Assembly: GCA_946542925.1 (NCBI GenBank)
Contig: CAMNLA010000006.1
Coordinates: 19,512 to 83,511, forward strand
DNA: 64,000 nucleotides
Reading direction: 5' to 3'
DNA from: an uncultured bacterium
Lineage (GTDB): Bacteria > Bacteroidota > Bacteroidia > Bacteroidales > Paludibacteraceae
This document shows, piece by piece, positions 8,993-21,317 of this stretch. The notes beneath the pieces were generated by a model. The model worked only from the letters and a program-made list of their open reading frames with translations, was not told the origin of the DNA and did not search any database. Within the stretch, counting starts at the first letter, position 1, and the number at the start of each line of letters is the position of its first letter. The translations under genes were made by a program, and so were the position numbers.

Positions 8993-9433
8993 ATGGAAAA
9001 ATGGGTTTTATTCATTGTCGGTGCACTGACAGGAATCGTCCTCACGATAGGGGGCCTGTTCTATTACCACACGTCTGGAGAATTCAACACAGGCGAGGCG
9101 AGAAAGGATTCGACACTAAGCATGCAGAAACTGCCGCGCGGTGCCATCGTATTTGAGAAACCAGAACGAGCCTTTGAGGAGGAAACACTAAAAGTATCAC
9201 GTACTGTTGCGAACCACACTGCACTCGTCACTGGAAAAGAAAAGGGGCAGGAATATCTGCTGACAAATGACGAGTCAAAATTCTATTACGATAATGAAAT
9301 CATTATTGTCCCAAGAGAAAAAATGCTGCAACAAATCGGTGTATATCATGGCAGTATCAGCACTGTGCCTATCGTAAGAATCACAGGGAAAGACACTTCC
9401 TCAAGGATACAACAAAACGAAATCCTCAAGTAA
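8993..9433 (+). CDS. Membrane-anchored hypothetical protein
   Basis: 146 aa with an N-terminal TM helix (WVLFIVGALTGIVLTIGGLFYY). The remainder is soluble. No family recognised. Confidence 0.5.
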   Translation: MEKWVLFIVGALTGIVLTIGGLFYYHTSGEFNTGEARKDSTLSMQKLPRGAIVFEKPERAFEEETLKVSRTVANHTALVTGKEKGQEYLLTNDESKFYYDNEIIIVPREKMLQQIGVYHGSISTVPIVRITGKDTSSRIQQNEILK

Positions 9434-9470
9434 TAATCTTTTCCTCGTTCCACCTTCACACGAAAAGGCG

Positions 9471-11672
9471 TTAAAAGTTATCAGCAAGCGAAAAGTCCAG
9501 TTGTTTTTTCTCAAGATTAGTTTTGCTGACACGCACGGTGATCGGGTCGCCCAGTTGGAACTTGCGATGACGACGTTTGCCGACGAGACAATAATTTTTC
9601 TCATCCAAGACGTAATAATCGTCGCCTAATTCCCGTACAGGAATCATTCCCTCGCACTTATTCTCGTTGATTTCGACATACACTCCCCATTCTGTAATAC
9701 CCGAAATGACTCCGTCAAATACTCGTCCTATCTGGCCGGACATAAATTCCACCTGCTTGTATTTAATAGATGCACGCTCTGCGCTAGCAGCCAACTGTTC
9801 CATGGCTGAACAATGATCACAAAGTTCCTCGCATTCATTCGCACTTACCGACTTTCCTCCCTGCAAATAACGTTCGAGCAGACGATGAACCATCATATCA
9901 GGATAGCGGCGGATAGGAGAAGTGAAATGGGTGTAGAAGTCAAATGCCAACCCATAGTGACCTATGTTTGTGGTCGTATAAATTGCTTTTGCCATTGAAC
10001 GCACTGCAACACTTTGGACCAAATTCGCTTCCGGTTTGCCGTCAACCTGAGCAAGCAAATCATTAAGAGAGCCTGATATGTCTGACGCTTTCCCTGTTGT
10101 CTTCAGACGATATCCAAACTTCCGCACAAAATCCGAAAAGGTCTTAAACTTCTGCGGGTCAGGAGAGTCATGCACACGATAGACAAAGGTTTTTGCCTTT
10201 TGTCCCTTGCCCGGTTTGCCGATATGAGTTGCCACCGTACGATTAGCAAGAAGCATGAACTCCTCAATGAGTTTGTTTGCATCCTTTGATTCCTTAAAAT
10301 AAACGGAAAGAGGTTTTCCTTTTTCATCTATTTCGAAACGGACTTCCGAACTCTCAAAAGAAATAGCGCCGTTACGAAAACGTCTTTCGCGCAGTTTTTT
10401 TGCGAGAGCATCTAGTTGCAGGATTTCGTGTCTCATATCCCCCTCTGCTCCTTCAATAATTTCCTGCGCCTCTTCGTAAGCGAACCGACGGTCAGAACGA
10501 ATGACGGTACGACAGATCTCGTATTGCTGCACATTTGCCTCATCATCCAATTCGAAAACCACAGAGAATGCCAACTTCTCTTCGTTCGGCCGCAAAGAAC
10601 AAAGTTCGTTGCAGAGATGTTCGGGCAACATAGGAATCGTACGATCTACGAGATAGACAGACGTAGCACGTCGCTGAGCCTCTTCATCAATAGGAGATCC
10701 TGGCGTCACATAATGTGTCACGTCGGCAATATGCACACCCACTTCCCAATGTCCATTATCCAGTCTTTGGATGGAGAGAGCATCATCGAAATCCTTTGCA
10801 TCCCGAGGGTCGATAGTAAAAGTCGGCACAGAACGCATATCCCGACGTTTTGAGAACTCCTCTGGCGTAAGATCATCTTTGATTCGGTCCGCCGCCAATT
10901 CCAAAGCTTCCGGATATTTATAAGGGAGCCCAAATTCCGCCAGGATGGCATGCATCTCCGTATTGTTGTCACCTACGTTTCCGAGAATATCTACGACTTC
11001 TCCTATGGGATTTCGGTCACTAATGCCCCACTCTACAATACGAACAATGGCCTTTTGTCCATCCTTTCCACCGTGAAGATTATCTACAGGGATGAAAATG
11101 TCGTTAGTCAGAATCTTGTTATCAACACGCAAGAAAGCATAGTTACGTGCGACCTGCAATACTCCGACAAAAGTATCCTGAGCGCGTTTGAGAATCTCTA
11201 CTACTTCTCCCTCCGGTTCATGTCCGGGAGGCAACGCATAAAGGAAAACGCGCACTCGGTCATTGTTGAGAGCATGGCGCAATCTTCGTTCAGCAATGAA
11301 TACAGGACTGCCACCATCATCGGGCAGAAGGTATGTTTTCCCGTTGGAACGACGATCAACAACTCCTTCGATGTATCCACTTCTGACATTTAGTTTAAAG
11401 CGATTCGGTTCAACCTCGTCTACCACTTCCTGCAGGACCAATCCATCCAAAACGGAAGCCAGCAACTGCCGTTCTCCAGTAGTATGCAAAGCCAGCGCCG
11501 AAGCCAGTTGGCGGGGATTGAAAATCTTCTTGGGGTTTTCCTGCAGGACATCCATCAGACTCTGTGTCAACTGTTTTTTATTTAGTCGCTTTGCATTCTT
11601 CGTCTTCTGGAAGTTTACCGGACGGACGGAATGAGATCTGTCCGCACTGCGTTTCGTATCTTTTCGTTTCAT
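9471..11672 (-). CDS. rnr: Ribonuclease R
   Basis: RNB-domain motifs are present: TIDPRDAKDFDDALS, HIADVTHYV and HYGLAFDFYTHFTSPIRRYPDMMVHR. There is a C-terminal S1 domain (GRVFDGVISGITEWGVYVEI). The ORF-track start at 11693 is a TTG, so I prefer the ATG at 11672 (MKRKDTKRS...). Confidence 0.9.
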   Translation of the reverse strand: MKRKDTKRSADRSHSVRPVNFQKTKNAKRLNKKQLTQSLMDVLQENPKKIFNPRQLASALALHTTGERQLLASVLDGLVLQEVVDEVEPNRFKLNVRSGYIEGVVDRRSNGKTYLLPDDGGSPVFIAERRLRHALNNDRVRVFLYALPPGHEPEGEVVEILKRAQDTFVGVLQVARNYAFLRVDNKILTNDIFIPVDNLHGGKDGQKAIVRIVEWGISDRNPIGEVVDILGNVGDNNTEMHAILAEFGLPYKYPEALELAADRIKDDLTPEEFSKRRDMRSVPTFTIDPRDAKDFDDALSIQRLDNGHWEVGVHIADVTHYVTPGSPIDEEAQRRATSVYLVDRTIPMLPEHLCNELCSLRPNEEKLAFSVVFELDDEANVQQYEICRTVIRSDRRFAYEEAQEIIEGAEGDMRHEILQLDALAKKLRERRFRNGAISFESSEVRFEIDEKGKPLSVYFKESKDANKLIEEFMLLANRTVATHIGKPGKGQKAKTFVYRVHDSPDPQKFKTFSDFVRKFGYRLKTTGKASDISGSLNDLLAQVDGKPEANLVQSVAVRSMAKAIYTTTNIGHYGLAFDFYTHFTSPIRRYPDMMVHRLLERYLQGGKSVSANECEELCDHCSAMEQLAASAERASIKYKQVEFMSGQIGRVFDGVISGITEWGVYVEINENKCEGMIPVRELGDDYYVLDEKNYCLVGKRRHRKFQLGDPITVRVSKTNLEKKQLDFSLADNF

Positions 11673-11848
11673 AATGCCCTGTTTTCTTATCAAGTTAAAA
11701 CCTTATTATTCATGTATGATGTGGTTTTACAAATATAGGAATAAAGAGAAGCGAACTCCAACAGAAAACCCTTTTTTCGTCATGACGGCATCCCAGTGTT
11801 ATTTCCCAAGTTTTTCGCTAGATCTGAATAGCGTTTTTTCTTTTGTAA

Positions 11849-13873
<2,025 letters not shown>

Positions 13874-13925
13874 TAAGGTTACAACCATTATCGATATTAT
13901 ATTCATTACTAATACTTAAAACACA

Positions 13926-15281
13926 ATGAATCTATTCTTCAAAAAACTCTTCGGAAAGCTTACGAAGACGGAAAAATTCGAGAAGGAGGAAGGACGCCTG
14001 CTAGCCGCATACAAGAGGTATTGCGACGTACAGACATCAGCAGAACTAAAGGAGTACACAGAACTCTTCCACATCGTAAAATCCGCAGCATTCCAAGAGA
14101 AGAAAAAGACATTGCAAAATCGCAAATTCTCCGACACAGAAGAATATCGCGATGCTCGCAAGTACGAAAAACTTGAGAACAATGCCGACGTAAAGCAATA
14201 TTTTCAAACGTTGGTCAGTCCATCACTCAAGGAATACCTTGAATTTAAAAAGACTCCTGATTATGAAAAACTCGGGGATCCCAACATCTGGAAAACAGAT
14301 GAACGGCTGAGCCAATTCAAGGCATATGAAAAGTCGGCAGAATTTAAAAATTTCGAACGATTGAACGGCTCATATATCATCAAAGAATATGAGAAACTTC
14401 GTAATATTGTTACAACTGATGAATTCAAACAGAGAAAGGCTTTCTGGGAAAATAAAGATCGATGGAAAACCACAGAAGAGTACAAGCAGGAACAAAGATT
14501 CTATGAGCTCCAACGTACGGAAAGCATTTTATTCTATGAAAAAACAAACCCTAAAGAGTTCCAAAAACTAGACGAGTGGAAACTAACTTTTGAGGATACG
14601 TTTGATGGTAATACACTATCCAATCAATGGAGTCAAGGCAACTATCACAGAGCACAGTCTCTTAAACGAATCTACTCATTAGCAAACGAAAAACAAGCCA
14701 CCACAGATGGGTCCAACGTACAGGTAACGAACAGCACGATGAATATCAATACGTTATCTGAACGCGTTAAGGGGCTTACATGGGATCCATCAAAAGGCTT
14801 TTTCAGTAAAGAATTCGCATTTACGTCAGGCGCCGTGAATACCGGAGACTTTTTCCAACAACGTTACGGGAAAATACAGGCAAAGATTCGCATTGTAAAC
14901 AAGAAAAGTGATGTAAGCCATGCCTTTTGGCTCGGTACAGACGGAAAACTACCGCACATCAACATTTTCGCCTATAACGGAAAAGAAATCAGTGTTGGTC
15001 TCTGCACCTTACAAGGTAACGAAGTAAAAAAAGACCGCGATGTAATAAAAGGCATCTCTGCTGAGAACTATTACGTCTATACTTTGGAATGGACTCCGCA
15101 GGAAATCGTCTGGAAAGTCAACAATATTACAGTAAAGAAAGTCAAGAATAACATATCAAGCGCAATGTATTTGGCTTTCAATTCCTTCATCGGTCCAAAC
15201 AATGAAGGAGGAAATGCCACAATGCAAGTTGAGTGGGTAAAAGCATATCTCCCTAAATCCATGGTAACAATCAAACACTAA
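13926..15281 (+). CDS. GH16-fold (concanavalin-like glucanase) domain protein with a charged N-terminal repeat region; predicted non-catalytic
   Basis: The C-terminal half shows GH16 landmarks: HAFWLGTDGKLP, YYVYTLEWTPQEIVWKVNN and MYLAFNSFIGPNNEGG. The position of the EIDIME catalytic motif reads HINIFA. The N-terminal ~215 aa are K/E/Y-rich repeats (LKEYTELF, TEEYRDARKYEKL, LKEYLEFKK, IKEYEKL, TEEYKQEQRFYEL). There is no signal peptide. Confidence 0.7.
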   Translation: MNLFFKKLFGKLTKTEKFEKEEGRLLAAYKRYCDVQTSAELKEYTELFHIVKSAAFQEKKKTLQNRKFSDTEEYRDARKYEKLENNADVKQYFQTLVSPSLKEYLEFKKTPDYEKLGDPNIWKTDERLSQFKAYEKSAEFKNFERLNGSYIIKEYEKLRNIVTTDEFKQRKAFWENKDRWKTTEEYKQEQRFYELQRTESILFYEKTNPKEFQKLDEWKLTFEDTFDGNTLSNQWSQGNYHRAQSLKRIYSLANEKQATTDGSNVQVTNSTMNINTLSERVKGLTWDPSKGFFSKEFAFTSGAVNTGDFFQQRYGKIQAKIRIVNKKSDVSHAFWLGTDGKLPHINIFAYNGKEISVGLCTLQGNEVKKDRDVIKGISAENYYVYTLEWTPQEIVWKVNNITVKKVKNNISSAMYLAFNSFIGPNNEGGNATMQVEWVKAYLPKSMVTIKH

Positions 15282-15305
15282 ATTTCTGACTGAGAAGACC
15301 GAGGT

Positions 15306-15914
15306 ATGACAAACGAGGAAATCCGACAGTTACTACAGGACGAGGCGAAAGCCGTTCTTTCGCTTCCCATTACAGATCAATATCAAAAAGCTATTGATCT
15401 GATTGTAGAACAAGTCAACCATAAGGGGGGGAAACTCGTAGCGAGCGGAATGGGCAAAGCAGGACAGATAGCCATGAACATTTCCACCACTTTCAGTTCC
15501 ACCGGAACGCCTTCTGTATTTCTACACCCTAGCGAAGCCCAACATGGAGATCTTGGCCTACTTCAAAAAAACGACATACTACTTGTTGTTTCCAACTCGG
15601 GAAAGACACGTGAAATAATCGAGTTAATACAATTGGCACGTGGATTGAAACCAGATATTAAATTTATTCTGATCACAGGTAACCCGAATGGCGAATTGGT
15701 AAAAGATGCCGATGCAGTACTCCTTACCGGCAATCCTCCCGAAGTCTGTGCGTTAGGACTTGCCCCAACAACATCAACAACCATGATGACAGTCATAGGA
15801 GACATCCTTGTTGTCGGGACAATGAAACAAATTCATTTTTCTTATGAAGAGTATGCCAAACGTCACCACGGAGGGTATCTTGGGCAAAAGTCAAGGGAGA
15901 ATAGTCAGAAATAA
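15306..15914 (+). CDS. SIS-domain sugar-phosphate isomerase-like protein (KpsF/GutQ N-terminal type, no CBS pair)
   Basis: 202 aa. Motifs KLVASGMGKAGQIAMNISTTFSSTG and LLVVSNSGKTREI are typical of SIS domains. The protein ends right after the SIS fold. Confidence 0.8.
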   Translation: MTNEEIRQLLQDEAKAVLSLPITDQYQKAIDLIVEQVNHKGGKLVASGMGKAGQIAMNISTTFSSTGTPSVFLHPSEAQHGDLGLLQKNDILLVVSNSGKTREIIELIQLARGLKPDIKFILITGNPNGELVKDADAVLLTGNPPEVCALGLAPTTSTTMMTVIGDILVVGTMKQIHFSYEEYAKRHHGGYLGQKSRENSQK

Positions 15915-15943
15915 ATCGGACAAAACCTATTAAAAACAAGAGT

Positions 15944-15979
15944 CAGGCTGATCAGGGAAATGATCAGCCTGTTTTATTT
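15944..15979. terminator. Bidirectional terminator-like hairpin between convergent SIS and S41 protease genes
   Basis: Perfect 11-bp stem, caggctgatca (15944-15954) with tgatcagcctg (15961-15971), around the loop gggaaa. It is followed by ttttattta. Confidence 0.65.
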
Positions 15980-17588
15980 ATTTCGAGTTCTTCGTTTCTA
16001 TCCCTTTCTGAAAAATCTGTTCATATGCGCCTGAAGTAGCAAGTAATTCGATTGCCTTTTGATAGATTTCGGAGTACTCGTTATGGACACGATAAAAACC
16101 TTCTTCTCCATATAATCTTCTTGCAAAAAAGGACTTAAGATTATTTTCAATCAAACGTCGAGAACGAAGAAACGAATATTCGTCATATTTCAGTTCCTCT
16201 TGTTCTCCTGCCTCAACAAGGCCTTTGAGAATATCATCTGGAATCACAAAATCTCTTAAAAAGTCAGAAACAAGAGGGTATTTACTTTTCCATATCTTTT
16301 CATTCTTATCTACAATCTGCGCTGAATATGATTGAAGGATGCCTCCACCAATCAATTTAGAAAGATAGATGGAAGTTTCTGAAGTGTCAATAGGGACATA
16401 ATAATCCGGCATTATACCGCCTCCTCCATAGACGATCCGACCCATCTTCAATGTTTTATATTTCAAGGAATCTGGGAAATGAATACTGTCAGCTGAAGTG
16501 AGTTCACCTCGATTATAACGATCAATGGCGTCCTGTTTGTATTTCTGCAGTCCCTCTTTATACGGACGTTGAATGCAACGCCCTGACGGTATATAGTATC
16601 GGGCAACAGTCAATCTCATCTCTGCTCCATCACTCAAAGGAATCGGCTGCTGAACCAACCCTTTCCCAAAAGTACGGCGTCCTACAATGACTGCTCTGTC
16701 AAGATCCTGCATTGAACCCGCAAGAATTTCGGCAGCAGAAGCTGTGGACCCATCCACCAAAAAAACGATGCGACCTTTTGTAAACATGCCCCCGTGGCTT
16801 GCCGAATAGGTCTTAGATATGTGTCTTCCTTTTGTAATAAGTACATTCGTGTTTTCGTCAATGAAATCATCGGCAATATCTATCGCTTGATTCAGATAAC
16901 CTCCACCATTAGATTCAAGGTCAAAAACAAGATCTGTCATACCCTCCCTTTGAAGTTTTCTCATGGCCTGTTTGAACTCCTCGTATGTTGTTTCTGAAAA
17001 ACGAACTAATTTAATATACCCTACTGTAGGAGAAACCATAAACGAAGCCGCCACACTATAAAGAGGAATCTTATCACGAACAATACGGAAAGTAAGCAAT
17101 TCACGCTGTCCGCTTCGCTTAACCCTAACCGTAACTGCGGTTCCTTTCTTCCCTCTCAGCCGTTTCATTACATCAACAGAACTCATCTTTACACCCGCAA
17201 TTATCGAGTCATCGACCATCACTATACGGTCTCCGGCAAGGAGTCCCACTCTCTCTGACGGACCTCCAGGGATGACAGCCTCAACATGCAAGGTATCCTT
17301 AAGCATAATAAACTGTACACCTATTCCCTCAAAATTACCGACCAAAGGCTCATTGGCCTTTGCCTTCTCATCCTTATTAATATAAACTGAATGAGGGTCA
17401 AGATTTTCGAGCATTCCGATGATGGCATTTTCCGTCACCTTGTCTTCGTTTACAGTGTCAACATACATGCCGATAATCTTACCCCTTGCTTCCCAGAAAC
17501 GCTGCAATTGTCGTGCGTCAGACGTACGGTCGGACCAAACGTATACACTAATCAGCAAGAATAATAATACCGCTAATTTCCTTTTCAT
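15978..17588 (-). CDS. S41 carboxy-terminal processing peptidase with PDZ domain
   Basis: PDZ segment: GIGVQFIM...GGPSERVGLLAGDRIVMVDD. Catalytic region: GSTASAAEILAGSMQDLDRAVIVGRRTFGKGLVQ. A signal peptide is present. Confidence 0.9.
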   Translation of the reverse strand: MKRKLAVLLFLLISVYVWSDRTSDARQLQRFWEARGKIIGMYVDTVNEDKVTENAIIGMLENLDPHSVYINKDEKAKANEPLVGNFEGIGVQFIMLKDTLHVEAVIPGGPSERVGLLAGDRIVMVDDSIIAGVKMSSVDVMKRLRGKKGTAVTVRVKRSGQRELLTFRIVRDKIPLYSVAASFMVSPTVGYIKLVRFSETTYEEFKQAMRKLQREGMTDLVFDLESNGGGYLNQAIDIADDFIDENTNVLITKGRHISKTYSASHGGMFTKGRIVFLVDGSTASAAEILAGSMQDLDRAVIVGRRTFGKGLVQQPIPLSDGAEMRLTVARYYIPSGRCIQRPYKEGLQKYKQDAIDRYNRGELTSADSIHFPDSLKYKTLKMGRIVYGGGGIMPDYYVPIDTSETSIYLSKLIGGGILQSYSAQIVDKNEKIWKSKYPLVSDFLRDFVIPDDILKGLVEAGEQEELKYDEYSFLRSRRLIENNLKSFFARRLYGEEGFYRVHNEYSEIYQKAIELLATSGAYEQIFQKGIETKNSK

Positions 17589-17632
17589 TCTCCTATCTAT
17601 TTCTTTCCTACCGGATGGGATTCTTTATAGAT

Positions 17633-18808
17633 TTACTTGCAGAGATCCAAGACAGTACGGGAGCCTTCCGTATTTAACTTGACGTAAGAACCGAAAACCT
17701 CCCCTTTATTACGGTGCAGGTTAGTGTTAACCTTATCCAGGTCTAAAGGTTCACTTGTTAATTCGCTCAAAGTCGTAGGAAGTCCAATGCTATGAAAGAA
17801 GATTTTTAATCGTTCAATCCCCTCTCTCGCCATAGCACCAGGATCGGCTGACGAACGAACACCCCACACACGTTCTGCCATTTGCGCAATTTTCTCAGGA
17901 TTGGTCCGCGCAGCAAATGACAGCCATGCCGGATAGACTACAGAAAGACCAGCTCCATGAGCAATATTAGACTGTATTGCACTTAATTCATGTTCAATAA
18001 AATGCGACCCCCAATCCTCTTCACGCCCTACTCCACACATTCCGATATGCGCCTGTGTTCCTGCCCACATGATATTAGCACGAGCTCCGTAATCTTTCGG
18101 ATTATTCATGACACGAGGTGCCATTTCTATAATAGAAAGTAACAGAGCCTCACAAAGACGATCTGTCAGACTCACGTCTTTCGTGTTTGAAAAATATCGT
18201 TCCATGATATGTGCCATCATATCAGAAATACCACAGGCCGTCTGGAAAGGTGGGAGAGTTATCGTCAACTCTGGATTCATAATAGAAAAAACGGGTCTCA
18301 ACAATTCTGGCTGCCGTATTGAAAGCTTTTGTTGTGCCTGTTCATCCGTAATAACAGAGTTCCCTGATCCTTCACTTCCAGCAGCGGGGATAGTCAAGAC
18401 ATCCGCCACCTTTAATGCTTTTGTTGGAGTGGATTTTCCAATATAAAAGTCCCAAAAATCACCCTCGTAATAGTAACCTACCGCAATTGCCTTGGCAGTG
18501 TCAATAACCGAACCTCCTCCCAAAGCCAAAAGTAGATCAGGATGTTCCTGTCGAGCCAAAGAAATTCCCTCACGAACTTTTAACGTCTCAGGATTGGCTT
18601 GCACCCCAGACAACTCAACATACGACAAATGTTCCTCGTCCAATACCTGTTTCACACGGTCCAACAAGCCACTTCGGACGGCAGAACCTTTGCCATAGAC
18701 AATCATCACCTTATGAGCACCATACTTAACGGCCAGTTTCCCCGTTTGGTTTTCCGCCCCACGTCCAAAAACGAATTCAGTAGGGCTATAATAACTAAAA
18801 TTTTCCAT
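17633..18808 (-). CDS. Iron-containing (group III) alcohol dehydrogenase
   Basis: 391 aa. It has GGGSVIDTAKAIA and metal-binding His clusters (DMMAHIMERYF, FIEHELSAIQSNIAHGAGLS). Confidence 0.9.
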   Translation of the reverse strand: MENFSYYSPTEFVFGRGAENQTGKLAVKYGAHKVMIVYGKGSAVRSGLLDRVKQVLDEEHLSYVELSGVQANPETLKVREGISLARQEHPDLLLALGGGSVIDTAKAIAVGYYYEGDFWDFYIGKSTPTKALKVADVLTIPAAGSEGSGNSVITDEQAQQKLSIRQPELLRPVFSIMNPELTITLPPFQTACGISDMMAHIMERYFSNTKDVSLTDRLCEALLLSIIEMAPRVMNNPKDYGARANIMWAGTQAHIGMCGVGREEDWGSHFIEHELSAIQSNIAHGAGLSVVYPAWLSFAARTNPEKIAQMAERVWGVRSSADPGAMAREGIERLKIFFHSIGLPTTLSELTSEPLDLDKVNTNLHRNKGEVFGSYVKLNTEGSRTVLDLCK

Positions 18809-18913
18809 CTTGTTTTATGAATTATATATGATGTAAAGATACTAATTATATCGTATGTCTATTCCCGTCTGAGAAAAGAGCCATATCTTCCTTCTCCTCC
18901 ATCCTCCTCCGCG

Positions 18914-19834
18914 TCACTGAACTGTCAAATAAACCGCAGTTCTCTGCCAGAATTCCGTCGTCAGATCCGGAAGTTTTCTCAAATCATCAAGAGAAGAAAC
19001 ATGTCCGTGATTCCTTCTATATTCAAAAATGGATTGTGCTTGTCTGTATGAAATATAAGGGTGGCGACACATCTGTTCAATGGATGCCCTATTAACATTG
19101 ATTCGACGCACTTGTGATGAATCCACAATCATACGAGAGCGCAAATATTCTACATAGTGTTTATTTGCCCAAGGGATAGCCTCATAAAGTTGTTCTGATG
19201 AAACATACCCTCCCAGGGTTTCCCCATAGTAAACTATCTGACGAGCCACCACTGGCTTCATAATTTTCTGTAACGAAAGTGTGTCCAGCTTATTCAGTTC
19301 TATTCGGGTTGAGACCTCTTTTTTTTGATTCTCAATCTTTTCCGTTTCATCCTTTGTCAGTGAGTTTGATGAAATCACAATATAAGGGCGAAGAGAGGCA
19401 AACAAAGTAGAAGATAGCCCATAAATTCTCGAAAAATCTTCTGCCTTGCGAAAACGACCTCCTTTCTGCCGATATAGCATCACATTATGCGCCTGCCATG
19501 GGAGGAGCCCTAAACGAATAAACGAAGCAGAATCCAATTTGTTCGGGTCAAACAGGAAACGTTCTATTTTGACCGGTTCTTTCCTATCTTGATTACCTAC
19601 ATACGACTTCGAATCATATTTTAACCTGTTTCGATTAATTTTATCCTTATGTATGCTTTGAGACAATAAATCTGTCTGTTTACTATAGTTTTCGTTCACA
19701 AGCACAAGGTCGGAGGTCCGCACATCCGTTCGGAAATAGAAAAAATCAATGACAATCAACAACAAAAGCAAGACAAATAAAACCAACATCGTCATGCGTT
19801 GAGTCGAAGAAAAGCGAAAAAAGTCTCCCCACAT
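18914..19834 (-). CDS. ComEA-like helix-hairpin-helix DNA-binding membrane protein
   Basis: It has a TM anchor (MTMLVLFVLLLLLIVIDFFYF). There are repeated HhH-like units (FDPNKLDSASFIRLGL...; ELNKLDTLSLQKIMKPVVARQIVYY...; INVNRASIEQMCRHPYISYRQAQSIFEYRRNHG). The ORF-track start at 19912 is a TTG, so I use the ATG at 19834. Confidence 0.65.
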   Translation of the reverse strand: MWGDFFRFSSTQRMTMLVLFVLLLLLIVIDFFYFRTDVRTSDLVLVNENYSKQTDLLSQSIHKDKINRNRLKYDSKSYVGNQDRKEPVKIERFLFDPNKLDSASFIRLGLLPWQAHNVMLYRQKGGRFRKAEDFSRIYGLSSTLFASLRPYIVISSNSLTKDETEKIENQKKEVSTRIELNKLDTLSLQKIMKPVVARQIVYYGETLGGYVSSEQLYEAIPWANKHYVEYLRSRMIVDSSQVRRINVNRASIEQMCRHPYISYRQAQSIFEYRRNHGHVSSLDDLRKLPDLTTEFWQRTAVYLTVQ

Positions 19835-20016
19835 AGCCTTAATTATTGGTATACCTTTTACAAATATAGAGGAATATTGTTCTTGTATTACAACTTTTGA
19901 TTCTAACCACAAAGTATGTCAGGGACTGTTTTTCTAAGAATGAAAAGAACTTTGGGATGTAACCTCACTGAAAAAAATATACCTATCTTTGCGAGAAGAG
20001 ACGAAATGTCAAAACC

Positions 20017-20562
20017 ATGAACAAGATTTATCTTATTGGCTATATGGGATGTGGCAAAACCACCATTGGTCGTCTGCTGGCGAAACAGATAGGATGGTCC
20101 TTTGTTGACATGGACACGTACATTGAGAACCGACATCAAGAAACCATCAGCGAATTATTTGCCAAACAGGGAGAAAGTTTTTTTCGAAAAGCAGAACATA
20201 CTTCATTAGAAGAAATCTCAAAATCAGAAAATATCGTCGTTTCTACAGGAGGAGGAACCCCATGTTTTTTTGACAATATTGACCTGATGAACCGAACTGG
20301 ATTAAGTTTCTACATTTATATGAGTCCAAAGGCATTGTCCATTCGTTTGGAAAGCAATACGAAGAACAGGCCTCTTCTACGGGATAAGAAAGGGAAATCT
20401 TTGGAATGCTTTATCGAGGCACAACTATCTCAAAGACAACCTTTTTATGAAAAAGCCCTCTATAGGGTAAACAATGAGAGAGAACACCCACAAGCTACCG
20501 TGGAGGAGATTATCAATATACTTAAAAATAATATATGGACAATGGTAAAATCTGAGTGCTGA
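20017..20562 (+). CDS. aroK: Shikimate kinase
   Basis: N-terminal MNKIYLIGYMGCGKTTIGRLLA (P-loop) followed by DMD. Size and layout are typical of AroK. Confidence 0.9.
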   Translation: MNKIYLIGYMGCGKTTIGRLLAKQIGWSFVDMDTYIENRHQETISELFAKQGESFFRKAEHTSLEEISKSENIVVSTGGGTPCFFDNIDLMNRTGLSFYIYMSPKALSIRLESNTKNRPLLRDKKGKSLECFIEAQLSQRQPFYEKALYRVNNEREHPQATVEEIINILKNNIWTMVKSEC

Positions 20563-20672
20563 AGAAATTGTCCATTACCCGCATTTAAACGAATACAGAT
20601 AATTTGCAATGACATTAAACTGGTTTTTCCAGGCCTCTAAACTGACTGAAATAAAACTAAAACGACATAGAT

Positions 20673-21305
20673 ATGACAGCTTCAGAAAAACAAGTAGCAG
20701 AATGTCTGCTAAAAATCAAAGCAATAAAACTACAGCCAAACAATCCATTCACATGGGCATCCGGATGGCACTCCCCTATCTATTGCGACAATAGAAAAAC
20801 CCTCTCTTATCCTGAAATTCGAACACTTATCCGCGACGCTTTTGTAGATAAAATCAAGAAAAACTATCCCCAAACGGAACTGATTGCCGGAGTAGCCACA
20901 GGTGCCATCGCACAAGGTGCTCTTGTAGCGCAAAGCCTTGGCCTTCCCTTCGTCTATGTTCGCAGTAGTCCCAAAGATCATGGACTAGGGAATCTTATTG
21001 AAGGTGACTTGAAAAAAAATCAAAAAACCGTCATCATCGAAGACCTTATTTCTACTGGAGGAAGCAGTCTCAAGGCAGCAGAAGCCCTAAGATCATCAGA
21101 AGCTGATGTTTTGGGCATGGTGGCCATCTTTACATATGGATTCCACGTTTCAGAAAAAGCGTTTAAAGAACACTCGATTAATCTTACAACACTCTCGAAC
21201 TACAATGTTTTAATTGAAACTGCACTTTCTGAAGGATATATCTCAGAATCCGATGTTGAAAAACTGAAAGAATGGAGAAAATCCCCTGACTCTTGGGGTA
21301 AATAG
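20673..21305 (+). CDS. pyrE: Orotate phosphoribosyltransferase
   Basis: 210 aa with the PRPP-binding motif VIIEDLISTGGSSLKA and FTWASGWHSPIYCDNR near the N-terminus. Confidence 0.9.
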   Translation: MTASEKQVAECLLKIKAIKLQPNNPFTWASGWHSPIYCDNRKTLSYPEIRTLIRDAFVDKIKKNYPQTELIAGVATGAIAQGALVAQSLGLPFVYVRSSPKDHGLGNLIEGDLKKNQKTVIIEDLISTGGSSLKAAEALRSSEADVLGMVAIFTYGFHVSEKAFKEHSINLTTLSNYNVLIETALSEGYISESDVEKLKEWRKSPDSWGK

Positions 21306-21317
21306 AATCGAAAAAAT

